A stretch of DNA of 64,000 nucleotides from Gemmatimonadales bacterium (GTDB lineage: Bacteria > Gemmatimonadota > Gemmatimonadetes > Gemmatimonadales > GWC2-71-9): assembly GCA_037045245.1 (NCBI GenBank), contig JBAOHR010000007.1, positions 860,604-924,603 of the forward strand, given 5' to 3'. Both the position numbers and the translations under genes were made by a program. Under the pieces are notes generated by a model that was not told the DNA's origin, ran no database searches, and worked only from the letters and a program-made list of their open reading frames with translations. Of this stretch, positions 18,550 through 29,400 are shown piece by piece (position 1 is the stretch's first letter; the number at the start of each line of letters is the position of its first letter).

Positions 18550-19589
18550 GCGGACTCCAGCACGGCCAGCGTCCGCTCGACGAGCTCGCGATAGCCGCGC
18601 ACGATGTCCGGGGGATTGATCGGGATCGCATCGCCGCCGAGGCCGAGCAGCCAGCGCAGGAACGCCTCGCGGCGGCGGACGCGGAAGCGGGTGATCTCCG
18701 GACTGCCGCGCACGGCGCTGCCGAGCGCACGCGCAGCGCGGACGGCGCCGTTCCTGGGGCCGAAGCGCACGTCGACGACGACCGTCGGTTCCTCCCCGAG
18801 CTCCCACGCGGGGACAGGGACGGCGCGCTCTGCGAGCCGGAAGTCGACCGGGATCTCGTAGTCCTGGCTCCCGGGATTGCGACGATTGACCACGACGCGC
18901 TGCATCCGCGAAACGCGGAAACGACGGACGGAGCCGCGTGACGGATCGAGGGCGTGGAGATACCAGTGCCCGCTGGTGAAGCCGAGGCCGTACGGCAGGA
19001 CGATCCGCTGTTCGGTCTCGTCGCGCTCGATGCCATAGTAGGTGAAGGTTACCTGCTTTCGGGCGAGCAGCGCCTCGCCGAGGCTGCGGAGCAGGTCGGG
19101 GTGCGCCGCCGCGAGCGGAGCGCTGAGGCCGATGCCGGACGTGGCCGTCATCGCGGGCGGTGGCACGTCGAGGGCGAGCTTGCGCAGCGCGTGGGCCGCA
19201 TCCTCGGCAAGCGTCGGATCGCCGCATTCGGCGACCCGCGCCGCGGCGTCGGCCAGCAGCGACAGCTCGTCATCGGTGAACGCGAACGAGGCGAGCGCGC
19301 GATAGCCGTAGCGATCGATCCGCCGTGGCGCCTTGAGGCCGCGCGGCGTGACCACGCCGAGGTACGGGAGATAGAAGCGGTCGGCGCGGATGAGGTATTT
19401 CGTCTCCGCGTCGCCGGTGCCGCCCACCGTGTCGACCGGAATGCCGAGGGCGCGGAGCTCGTCCTTGTCGCGCTCGAAGGCGCGCCGCACGGCGTCGGGG
19501 GAGCCCGCCGCGTAGCCGGGAACCAGGTCGCGGAGCTCGTCGAGCGTCGCCCCGTACTTCCGGGCGAGCAGCGCGGCGACGAGATCCAT
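18546..19589 (-). CDS. HTH-WYL domain transcriptional regulator (PafB-like)
   Basis: Start at the ATG at 19589 (MDLVAALLARKYGATLDEL is the HTH). WYL core: RIVLPYGLGFTSGHWYLHALDPSRGSVRRFRVSRM. Confidence 0.8.
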   Translation of the reverse strand: MDLVAALLARKYGATLDELRDLVPGYAAGSPDAVRRAFERDKDELRALGIPVDTVGGTGDAETKYLIRADRFYLPYLGVVTPRGLKAPRRIDRYGYRALASFAFTDDELSLLADAAARVAECGDPTLAEDAAHALRKLALDVPPPAMTATSGIGLSAPLAAAHPDLLRSLGEALLARKQVTFTYYGIERDETEQRIVLPYGLGFTSGHWYLHALDPSRGSVRRFRVSRMQRVVVNRRNPGSQDYEIPVDFRLAERAVPVPAWELGEEPTVVVDVRFGPRNGAVRAARALGSAVRGSPEITRFRVRRREAFLRWLLGLGGDAIPINPPDIVRGYRELVERTLAVLESA

Positions 19590-19668
19590 CCAGCGGCGGA
19601 GTTTGACGTGCTGGCTCAGGGAGGGCTCCGAACGGGAGATCCTGAATAGTAGGCGTGGGGTCTGACGG

Positions 19669-20085
19669 TCAACGCGCCACCTTGCGCGGGCGGCCGCCCT
19701 TTCGGCCATTGGCGCGAGCGGCGGCGGACTTGGCGGGGCTCTTGGTGGCGCCTGCCACCGAGGCCGAGGCCCGGAGCACGGTCTGTTGACCCAGGGCGAT
19801 GGTGACGAGTTGCCCGACACCATAGTCTGCGTCGAGTGACTCCCAATGCAATGTCAGGCCGAAGCGATCAAGCTCCAGCTCGGCAAGCTCGGCTGTGGTG
19901 GCATTCCGGAGCGGGGGAAGCAGCGCGAGTGGGATGCGCAGTGACACCCCGTTGGTGAGTTGGAGTTCGATCGCACGCGAGCCGACGGGGAAGACGACGC
20001 GTTTCGCGCGTGGCTGGGTGCTGAGCACGCGCGCTGCCCGAGCCCGAGCCGCCGGAATCTGTTGCAGGATCTCGTCATTCGTCAT
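19669..20085 (-). CDS. DUF2442-like protein with C-terminal AT-hook tail
   Basis: The core V.F.....I.L.L.NG..L.IPL is DUF2442-like as I recall it. The tail GRKGGRPRKVAR is a canonical AT-hook. The start could be 20100 or 20085. Confidence 0.55.
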   Translation of the reverse strand: MTNDEILQQIPAARARAARVLSTQPRAKRVVFPVGSRAIELQLTNGVSLRIPLALLPPLRNATTAELAELELDRFGLTLHWESLDADYGVGQLVTIALGQQTVLRASASVAGATKSPAKSAAARANGRKGGRPRKVAR

Positions 20086-20350
20086 CCGGCGTGCGCCCAT
20101 GCAGGGACTCCCAGTGCGTCAGCAGGTGTTCTGCGTGTTGTTCGACCAATCGGACGGCAGCGATGATATCCCGCTGTCGGAGGCCGAAGGCGCCACGGAG
20201 CCATACGCGTGGTCGAGGCGTACCCCAACGAAGTCCGACAATCACAAACCCCTCATTGCCCAGGTGCACATGCACATGCGGCGGAGGGTGTTCACGCGGT
20301 GGGCCATGCAGGCGCACGACGAAGCCATTGGCCCGGAGCAACGTCGGCAC
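20075..20350 (-). CDS. DUF4160-like protein
   Basis: The GTG at 20350 gives VPTLLRANGFVVRLHGPPREHPPPHVHVHLG, the DUF4160 N-terminal signature. It overlaps the DUF2442-like gene, the usual pairing. Confidence 0.55.
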   Translation of the reverse strand: MPTLLRANGFVVRLHGPPREHPPPHVHVHLGNEGFVIVGLRWGTPRPRVWLRGAFGLRQRDIIAAVRLVEQHAEHLLTHWESLHGRTPDDE

Positions 20351-20539
20351 GAGAGAATAACCTATCTGATGGGTTTGCTCAAGCGGCAGACTACGACCAC
20401 ACCGGAGCATGCCCTCCACTGCGGAACGGCCGTGGCACCGGTTCACGCCCGGCCACACCCGATGCCGCCACCCGCCCGCCTGTCACGGGTTGGGGGTATC
20501 ATAGGAGGTCTCCACCGCACCCCTCCCGACGGATCTCCC

Positions 20540-23500
20540 ATGCGGCGCCTCCCCGACGGTTCGTATCGCTTCTCGCCCAAGGATCTGATCGCCTACCTCG
20601 AGGGCGACTTCGCGGCGTGGTGCGAGCGCAATGCCGCGGAACGCGCGCGCGGAAGCGGTCGGGAGCGTCTGGGCGCAAGGGCACTCGCCCCCGACAGCGC
20701 CGACGCGGAACTCGAACTCGTGAAGCAGCGCGGGTTGGCCCACGAGGACGCCCACCTGGCTCGGCTCCGCGCCAAGGAGCCGACCCTGGTGGAGGTGCCG
20801 CGTGCGGAGGAGGCCCACGAGCTGACGATCGCGGCGATGCAGGCAGGCGCCCCGGTGATCTTTCAGGGCGAGCTCCGCGCCGATCCCTGGATGGGCATCG
20901 CCGATTTCCTCCATCGCGTCCCGGGCGCCTCAACCCTCGGCGATCACCACTACGAACCGTGGGACACCAAGCTCGCCCGCTCCGCCAAGCCGTACTTCCT
21001 GCTGCAGCTTGCTGCCTACGCCGAGATGCTCGAGGCGATGCAGGGGCGTGCGCCCGATCGCTTCGGCTTCATCCTGGGCGATGGCAGCGAGGCCACCTTC
21101 CGCACCGCCGACGTCATCCACTACTACCGGCGCCTGAAGCGGTCGTTCGAGCGCTTCCAGGCATCGTGGGACACCGACACGCTGCCCGATCCGGCCCTCG
21201 ACCGCACCCACGGCCGGTGGAGCGAGGCGGCACTCCAGATGCTCACCGACGTCGATGATCTCTCGCTGATCGCCGGCATCAGTCGCAGCCAGATCATCCG
21301 GCTGCGCGCGGCTGCGGTGGACACCGTCGAAGAGCTGGCGAATCTCGCACCCGATGCGACCATCCCGCGAATCTCGCCGGCGTCCCTCGCGGCGATCCGC
21401 GAGCAGGCGCGGCTGCAGGTCGCCACGCGCACCACCGGCACCATTGCCTGGTCACTGCGCCCGCTCGACGCGGAACAACCTCGCCGCGGTCTTGCCCTGC
21501 TGCCGCCCCCGTCTCGACTCGACATCTTCCTCGATCTCGAGGGCTTTCCCTACGCGGAACGCGGCCTCGAGTATCTCATCGGCGCCACGACGATCGCGGC
21601 CGATGGCAAACTCGCCTTCGACGATTGGTGGGCGCACGACGAACCGGAGGAGCGCGTCGCGTTCGAGGGCTTCATCGACTGGGCATGGGCGCGGTTGCAG
21701 CAGGACCCGTCGATGCACATCTATCACTATGCCGCCTACGAGCGGACCGCCTTCTCGCGATTGAGCACCAAGTACGCGACGCGCGAGTACGAGCTCGACC
21801 AACTGCTCCGCCACGACGTCTTCGTCGATCTCTACACCGTCGTGCGGCAAGGGATGGTGATCGGGACGCCGAGCTATTCGCTCAAGGAGATCGAGCACCT
21901 CTACATGCCGCCGCGGAAGGAGGCGATCACCAGCGCTGGCGGCTCCGTGGTGGAATACCAGCGATGGATCGAGAGTGGCGAGAGCCGGCAGTGGCCGGAG
22001 TCGCCGATCCTCTCGGCCATCCGCGACTACAACCGCGTCGACTGCGAATCGATGGTCCCGCTCCGCGATTGGCTGCTGGCGCGGCAGGAGGATGCGGGGC
22101 TGTCGTGGCTTCCCCGCCCCGACGCCCCGACCGACCCCATCAGCAATCGCGTGCCGAAGGAGGTCGAGCTCTACGCGGCCGCCCTGGCCGAACGCGCGGC
22201 AGCGCTCCCACCGGATTCGGAGGAGCGGCGTGTGACCGAATTGCTGGGCTGGCTGCTGGAATACCACCGGCGCGACGCCAAGCCGCTGTGGTGGCGCTTC
22301 TTCGAACGGCAGACGCTCTCGGAGCTGGAACTCCACGCCGATGCGGACTGCCTCGCCGGTGTCACGCGGACCGCGCGCGCGCCGTGGCCCGAAAAGAAGT
22401 CGACGGTCTACGAGTATGCCTTCGATCCGGAACAGGACACCCGACTGCACGCGGGCTCCGCCGTGTATGTCCTCGGCGATGGCATCACCAGCACCAAGAT
22501 CGACACGATGGACCTGACCAACGGCCGCTTGACGCTGAAGGTCGGCAATGCGCGCTCGCTCCCCGAGCATTGCCAGCTGATTCCCGACGAGTACGTGAAC
22601 CCGACACCGATCCCTGAGTCGGTCGAGCGCTACGTTCGCAGCTGGGACGAGGGCACGCCGGCGTCAGCGGCGGTCGATGACCTGATCCACCGCCGAGCCC
22701 CACGACTGCGCGGTCACGGCGGTGGGCGGGTCATCGCGGCTGAGAGCGGCAGCGACGGCGCGATCGCCGCCGTGCGCGCCATGGATGGCACCACGCTCGC
22801 CATCCAGGGGCCACCGGGCACGGGCAAGACGACGACCGGGGCACGGCTCATCGCGGCGCTGCTCGACGACGGCAAGCGCGTCGGCGTGATGGCAACCGGC
22901 CACGCCGTGATCCTCAACGTGCTGGAGAAGTTGCTGCAGCAGCGCCCCGACCTCGCCGGGCGCGTTCTCAAGGTCGGGAAGGAGAGCGACCATCCACTGG
23001 CGGTGAGCGGCGCGATGCGCCTGCTCGATTCGGCGAAGGCCCCCGATGCCGTGGCGGCGGCCTCCTGCGTCGTCGGTGGCACCGCCTGGCTCTTCAGCCG
23101 GCCGGAGATGATCGGCGCGCTCGACTACCTCTTCATCGACGAAGCCGGGTCAGGTGCCGCTCGCCAACGCCGTCGCGGCCGGGATGTCGGCGCGCAACCT
23201 GATCCTCATGGGCGACCAGATGCAGCTCGCCCAACCGACGCAGGGGGAGCACCCCGGCGAGAGCGGCAAGTCGTGCCTCGCCTATCTCCTCGAGGACCGC
23301 GCCGTCATTCCCGACGAGCTCGGCATCTTCCTCGGCACCTCGTTCCGGATGCACCCCGACGTCTGTCGCCTGATCTCCGAGTCGTTCTACGAGGGGCGGC
23401 TCGGCAGCCACGCCCTCACCGACCGGCAATCACGTCGCGCTCCCGGCCGCCGCGCCGATCACGACCGGCCACGGTGTCGCCTTCCTCCCGGTCAAGCACG

Positions 23501-23946
23501 AAGGCAATACCCAGGGGAGCGACGAAGAGGTCGCGGCGATCGTCGGCCTGGTCGCCTCGCTGCTGCAGGGGACCGTCACCGTGCACGGCAACGCCCCGCG
23601 CCCGATGACGCTCGACGACATCCTGATTGTCGCGCCATTCAACCTGCAGGTGCGCGCACTCCGCGCCCGCCTCGGCGACGCGGCGCGCATCGGCTCGGTC
23701 GACAAGTTCCAGGGGCAGGAGGCACCGGTGGTGATCGTGTCGATGTGCGCGAGCACGCTCGATGACGCGCCGCGCGGGCCGCAGTTCCTGCTCTCGCCCA
23801 ATCGCCTCAACGTGGCGATCTCGCGTGCGCAGGCGCTCGCCATCGTCGTCGGCTCCTCGACGCTCGGCGATGTGCGGGTGCGGTCGGTGGAGGAGATGCA
23901 GCTGGTGAGCCGGTGGTGCCGGATCGAGCAGCTTGCCGAGGGGTAA
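20540..23946 (+). pseudogene. RecB/Cas4-like nuclease + RNase-H-like + Upf1/DNA2-like SF1 helicase (~1135 aa), read through two +1 frame changes
   Basis: ATG at 20540 (MRRLPDGSYRFSPKDLIAYLEGDF). Nuclease motif YEPWDTKLA...QLAAYAEML. RNase-H-like DIFLDLEG..HYAAYE. Helicase motifs GPPGTGKTT, FIDEAG, then in another frame LILMGDQMQLAQP, then in a third frame VDKFQGQEAPVVIVS and NRLNVAISRAQ. Frame changes at about 23150 (extra T in GCCGGGTCAGG) and about 23420-23440. Confidence 0.8.
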
Positions 23947-24031
23947 GGAGGCGGTCGATACTTGGAGTCGATACCTGGAGCAGTCCCAGCCTGCCGATCC
24001 TGCCCCACCCCGCCCCTCGCCGAGGTCGCCG

Positions 24032-26278
24032 ATGACGCGATCGCCACTGCTCTGTGGTTTGCTCCTCCTCGTCGCGTGCGGCGGAGGGAGTGCACCGACC
24101 ACGCCGCCACCACCGCCACCACCACCACCGCCCCCACCGCCGCCACCACCGCCGCCGCCGCCACCGCCAGGCGGACCCCTCGTCTTGTCGGCGACCCTAC
24201 TGACGACGCCGACGATCGGGGCAACGCTCGCGTTCACGGTGACCCGTGACGGGCAAGCCGTCACCCCGACCCTCACGGTCCGCACCGAGCGGCGTTGGCT
24301 CACGGAGCGCGCGGTACTCAACGCCGGTTCCCTGGCGGCACGACAGTTGGTGGCCGCGGGACCGGGCGAGGTCGTGGTCAATGTGGCGGCGGACGGGCTC
24401 ACCGATTCGGTGATCGTGCGAGTTGTTCCCGCGCGACCGCTGATCACCGCCCTCTCAGGCCCTGCTGGGCGCACCCACCTCGGCACCGGCGACACGCTCG
24501 CCATCCGTGGCTACGGGATGCAGACCGTCGTGCCCGACCAGCTCTTTCCCGGCACGCTCGGCGTGAGCAAGGCCACGACCAGCGACAGTGCCACGCTCCG
24601 CCTCGTCACCTCCGCGGCCGCGAGCGGCGGGCCGTGCACCGGCCGGACCGTGGCGTATCGGTTCACGCCCACCAACGTGGACCTCGAGATTCCGGTGGGG
24701 ACGCCGTACACGCGGGCACGCGCCGGGGAGCTCGCGCTCGCCGCGGGCGAGGCGGTTGCCCTGACCAGCACGGCGGCGGGCTGCCTCCGCGTCGCACCGC
24801 AGGCCGCCAACGCGCGCTACCTCCTCGCCTGGGTCGACGACCGTCGCATGGTCCAGGCGGAGACGCAGTTCGAGTTCCCCGCACCCGGGGATGTCACCGT
24901 GCAGCTGCAGGATCAGAGCGGTCCACCCGCCACGGTGTCCGGTGCCGGGTTCGCGGCGGCGGCACCGGCGCCCGATGCGTTCGCGCCGATGGGCTCGTCG
25001 GGCCGCACCAGCTCGCTGATGGCCAGCCGCGCGCAGGCGGCCAGCGCGTTCATGGATGTTCCCTTCGCGGCCTGCGGTTCGACACCCACCGCAGCCGCGT
25101 GGGCCATCTACTGCCGCACGACACCGTGGGTCGTGGGTGCCACGTTCAACTTCCAGCCGACCGCGGTCGGGCGGCCGGCGACGACCGCACGCATCGTCGC
25201 GACGCGCCCGAAGGTCGTCGCGGCGGTCATTCAGGCGGACGAAAGCTTCCTCGCACCGGCGGCGCTCACCCGCATCGAGGCCACGCTCGATTTCCTCGAC
25301 ACCCAATACCTCGCCTCGCTTCGCCAGTCGCTCGGCACCACCCGCGACGTCGTCACCTCACCCGGTTCTGGGCAGCTGGTCGTGATGTTCGAGGCCGGCG
25401 GGACAGCCAACACGATTCGCACCACCACCGACGGCAGCGTGCCGCAAGGCGCCTTCAGCTTCGTGAGCATGCTGCTCAACGCGACCAATTGCTACGCCAT
25501 CCCAGCGAACTGCAACGACGGCGGCGTGGACCCGATCATCGTCCACGAGACGACGCACACCTACCAGTTCCTCTCGAACCGCGAGCTGCGCAACGGGCAG
25601 TCTCCATTCGGGCAGTCATGGTCGCTGGAAGGCGGCGCCGCCCTGCACGAGTTGCTGACTGCGCTGGAGCGACACAGCATCGCGTGGAACGCCAACACGC
25701 AGTTCGAGTCCTTTGCCGGGAGCGACCCGCGGCGGCAGACTGCCATCTTCACCAACGGCAATGTCGGGCCCTTCACGCTGGGCTATCGAGGGTCGGCAGC
25801 GTTCTTCCGCTATCTGGCGCAGCGCTTGGTGACGGAACGCGGGATGACCTGGACCGATGCGCTCCGCGAGGTGCAGATCGGATCGATCGAGGGGTGGTAT
25901 GGCATCGGCTTTGGCGGCGCCTCGTATGGGCAGGGGCTCGTGCCACGAATGCGTACGCGCTTCGGGCCATCCTGGCATCCAGCCGACGCGCTGTTGGAAT
26001 GGACCATGGCGCAGGCCGCTGATGATCTCACCACGAACCCGCGCTTTCAGGACCTGACCAGTCGGACCGCACCGCGCGAGGTCAACGGCCTCTACGTGCA
26101 CAACGGCGTCACGCCGTCCGGCGGGGTTTCCGCAGGGAGCGGCACGACGACCTCAAAGACGTCGCCATCGGGCAATAGCGGCGTCTTCCAGATTGATGAT
26201 GCGGCGGCTGGTGGGAGCTATGTCGCGACGTCGACGGTGGGTGGGTCGGTACGATGGATGGTGTTGCGGGTGCGGTGA
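24032..26278 (+). CDS. lipoprotein with poly-proline linker and HExxH zinc-metalloprotease-like motif
   Basis: The ATG at 24032 gives MTRSPLLCGLLLLVACGGGS (lipobox), then an uninterrupted run of 24 Pro (about 24103-24168). VHETTH is present near 25541-25560. No further family recognised. Confidence 0.6.
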   Translation: MTRSPLLCGLLLLVACGGGSAPTTPPPPPPPPPPPPPPPPPPPPPPGGPLVLSATLLTTPTIGATLAFTVTRDGQAVTPTLTVRTERRWLTERAVLNAGSLAARQLVAAGPGEVVVNVAADGLTDSVIVRVVPARPLITALSGPAGRTHLGTGDTLAIRGYGMQTVVPDQLFPGTLGVSKATTSDSATLRLVTSAAASGGPCTGRTVAYRFTPTNVDLEIPVGTPYTRARAGELALAAGEAVALTSTAAGCLRVAPQAANARYLLAWVDDRRMVQAETQFEFPAPGDVTVQLQDQSGPPATVSGAGFAAAAPAPDAFAPMGSSGRTSSLMASRAQAASAFMDVPFAACGSTPTAAAWAIYCRTTPWVVGATFNFQPTAVGRPATTARIVATRPKVVAAVIQADESFLAPAALTRIEATLDFLDTQYLASLRQSLGTTRDVVTSPGSGQLVVMFEAGGTANTIRTTTDGSVPQGAFSFVSMLLNATNCYAIPANCNDGGVDPIIVHETTHTYQFLSNRELRNGQSPFGQSWSLEGGAALHELLTALERHSIAWNANTQFESFAGSDPRRQTAIFTNGNVGPFTLGYRGSAAFFRYLAQRLVTERGMTWTDALREVQIGSIEGWYGIGFGGASYGQGLVPRMRTRFGPSWHPADALLEWTMAQAADDLTTNPRFQDLTSRTAPREVNGLYVHNGVTPSGGVSAGSGTTTSKTSPSGNSGVFQIDDAAAGGSYVATSTVGGSVRWMVLRVR

Positions 26279-26280
26279 GG

Positions 26281-26440
26281 GGCGAGAAGCGAGATGCGAG
26301 ATGCGAGATGCGAACAGCTCGGTCCTTCGACTACGCCCGCTGCGCGGGCTTCGCTCAGGATGACAACCATCCATCATCCATCATCCATCATCGCCGCCGT
26401 TGCCGTCGCTTCGTCGCGTTCTCGCTTCTCGCTTCTCGCT
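26281..26440. repeat. composite repeat: GCGAGAW heptamers / half GTCATCC element / CATCCAT heptamers / TTCTCGC heptamers
   Basis: GCGAGAAGCGAGATGCGAGATGCGAGATGCGAAC (26281-26315); GGTCCTTCGACTACG..GCTCAGGATGAC (26321-26364); CATCCATCATCCATCATCCATCATCG (26368-26392); GTTCTCGCTTCTCGCTTCTCGCT (26418-26440), which pairs with the first array. Confidence 0.8.
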
Positions 26441-29400
26441 ACTTCCCCTCCATCCCCCGCAGCTCCGTCAGCCGCTTCTTCACGCTGGCCACCGTCGGCT
26501 GCAGCTCGGCGTCGGCGTCCTTCCACTGGGTGACGAAGGCATCGTAGTGCTTGATGGCGGAGGTGCGCTCGCCCTTGGCGTCGTAGAGCTCGCCGAGGCG
26601 CTTCTGCGTGGCGGCGAGGGCGTAGGGGTCGTTGTTCCCGCCGAAGCGCTGCGCCGGGTCGATCGCGAGGTAGCGCTCGAAGTACACCATCGCCGAGTCG
26701 GCCTGCTGCGCCTTGTCAAAGCTGCGCGCGATGCCGTAGAGCCCGACGCCGGTGAGTCCCGAGGGCGCGCCGTCGACGTCCGTCATGGCGGCGCGGAACT
26801 TCGCGATCGCCTCGGTCGTCTTCCCCTCGGCGAGCAGCAGCTCCGCCTCCATCCACGCCGACGCCGCCTGAGTCTTGCGCGAGGTGGCGACCGCCGGCGC
26901 CTCGGCGAGCAACCGAGCCAGCAACGCGCGACCACGGGCCGGCGCGTTCGCCATCGCATAGATGCGGATGGTCAGGAACCAGGGTCGATCGACGACCGGA
27001 ATCGCCGCCCACTGCGGTCCGGCCACGACCTTGTCCAGATGCGCCACCGCCTGCGGCAGCCGCTGCCCGGCCAGAATGTCGGTTGCGGCCGCGGCGTAAC
27101 CGTCGAGTCGGACCGGGCTCCCGCGCGTCTCGAGCAGCGCATCGATCCGGTCGGCATGCTGGCGGAACTTCGCCAGTTGGCCCCGGGTCAACGACAGGTC
27201 GGCGAGGATGCCGTTCGCGACGATCTGCTCCGGCACCGCCTGCCAGCGGGTGACCGCCTCCATGATCCGCGTGGCCGAATCGATGTCGCCCCGAAGCCAG
27301 ATCGAGAAGGCGACGGCGCCCACGAAACTCCCCTCGCTGAGCGCCTGCGGGGTGACCTTCCGCACCGAATCGAGGAAGCGGACGGCATCGTCGGTCCGGC
27401 CGACGTCGAGGAGGGCGTTGGCCAGCTTGGCCGCGTTGCGGATGTTCTTGGCCTGGCGGAACTGCCACTCGGCGTACTTGAGCGCGCTGTCGTACTGCTC
27501 CCGACTCCGGTAGAGCAGCGAGAGCTGATTGAGCGACGCCGTCTGGGTCGAATCGATTGCCACGGCTGCCGAGTATGCGGCCAACGCCTTCCCGCGATCG
27601 CCCAGCGTGCTGTGCGCCTGGTTGAAGGCGCCGAGCACCAGGTTCTTCTCGAGCGGCGGGAGCCTGTCGGCGAAACGCGCCGCACGCTCCAGCGCCGAGT
27701 CGCGCGCGATCTGCGGCGCACCGGAGTTGTTGAGCGCGGCGTTGAGCTTCCGGTACGCCAGCGCAAAGGTCGAGTCGAGCGCGATCGCTTCGCGCAGCAG
27801 CACGACCGCGCGATCGTAGTCGCCCTCGACGTCGTTGGCGCGGGTGGCCTCGGTGTACTTGCGCAGTGCCTCGAGGTTGGCCGTCGTCGCCCGCTCGAGC
27901 GGGACGGCGTTCTGCACATCCTTGAGCGACTCGCCGAGCTTGCCGCGCAACTTCTTGGTGAGATCGTCGACGACGTTGAGCAGGTCCTTCACGCCATCGG
28001 CGGTCCCCTGATACGACGCGAGCACCGTCCCCTGTGCCGTCGACGTCAGTTCGAGCGAGACGAGGTAACCGGGGCCGGCCGCGGCGAGTCGGCCACCGAG
28101 GATCGCCTTGGCGCCCGTGCGCGTGGCGACGGCCTTGGCCGTCGCCGCGTCGAGCGGCGTGCTGTCGGGGCGCTGCATGCGGGCCAGCTCGGCCGCCACG
28201 TCGCGTCGGGCTCAGCACCTGCACCGCGCGCGACTGCGACATCGCGGCGCGCACCGCCGCCTGCACGATCGGCGCGAGCGTCGAGTCGCCGCCGGTGGTG
28301 GTGAAGTCGGCCAGCAGGACGCTTGATCCTGCGCCGCCAGCGATCCCGCTCGCGAAGAGCGACGCCGCCGGGCCGATGCCGAGCTGACGCGTGACCATGT
28401 AGCCGATCACCAGCAGCACGAAGCCGCCCATGGTGATCATGCCGTAGGCGCAGGTTGCGACGCCAGGAGAGGTGCGGGTTCGCCTTGAGCGCGATCGTCG
28501 CCAGCGTCCCCGACGGGGCGCGGCCCACCATCGTCCCGCCGGGCGTGAGCGTCGGCGTGGCGCGCGCACTGCGCCGCGCGACGGACTTGGCATAGCCCGT
28601 GAGCAGCAGCACCGGGAGGCCGAGCAGCATCAACCCGACCGCGCCCGGGAAGGTCCAGTCGGGGAGGCCGATCGCGACCACCGCCGCCTTCGCGACGATC
28701 GCCACCGCGACCGTCGCCACCACATAGAGGCTGAAGGCCTTGCCGAACGACCCCGGCCCCGACATCGACAGTCGTCGGCGTCGACGACGACGAGGCGGTC
28801 GTCACCTCGTCGAGCGTGCGCAGCACTTCGGTGGCGTTGCCGATCCGGTCGGCCGGATCCTTCTCGAGCAGGTGCTTCACGAGCGCGGCGAGCGCGGGCG
28901 GACAATCGCTCGCGCTTCTGCGTGACCGACGGCGGCGCCTCGCTCAGGTGCGCCGCGAGCATCCGCTGCGGCGTGCGGTCGGCAAACGGACTCGCGCCCG
29001 GTGAGCAGCTCGTACGCCATGCAGCCGAGCGCGTAGAGGTCGACGCGATGGTCGATCGTCGGATCGCCGGCAACCTGCTCCGGCGCCATGTACGCCGGCG
29101 TGCCGATGCTCGTGCCCACGCTGGTGAGCGTGCCGCCGGCCACTTCTGCACGCGACGCACTGAGCGCCTTCGCGATCCCGAAGTCGGTGACGACCGCGGT
29201 GCCGCCCGAGAGCAGCACGTTGTCGGGCTTGATGTCGCGATGGACGATGCCGCGCGTGTGCGCGTAGGCCAGCGCCTTGGTGACGTCGCGCAGGATCGCG
29301 ATCACGTCGGCGATCGGGATCCCGCCACCACGAATGCGATTGCGGAGCGACTCGCCCTCGACGAACGGCATCGTGAAATACGGAAGACCCGCGACGTCGC

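Noticed and set aside
24103-24168. Poly-CCN tract considered as a non-coding simple repeat or assembly artefact.
   Set aside because: It is in frame between a lipobox and a long ORF and uses mixed Pro codons, so it is most simply a genuine poly-proline linker.
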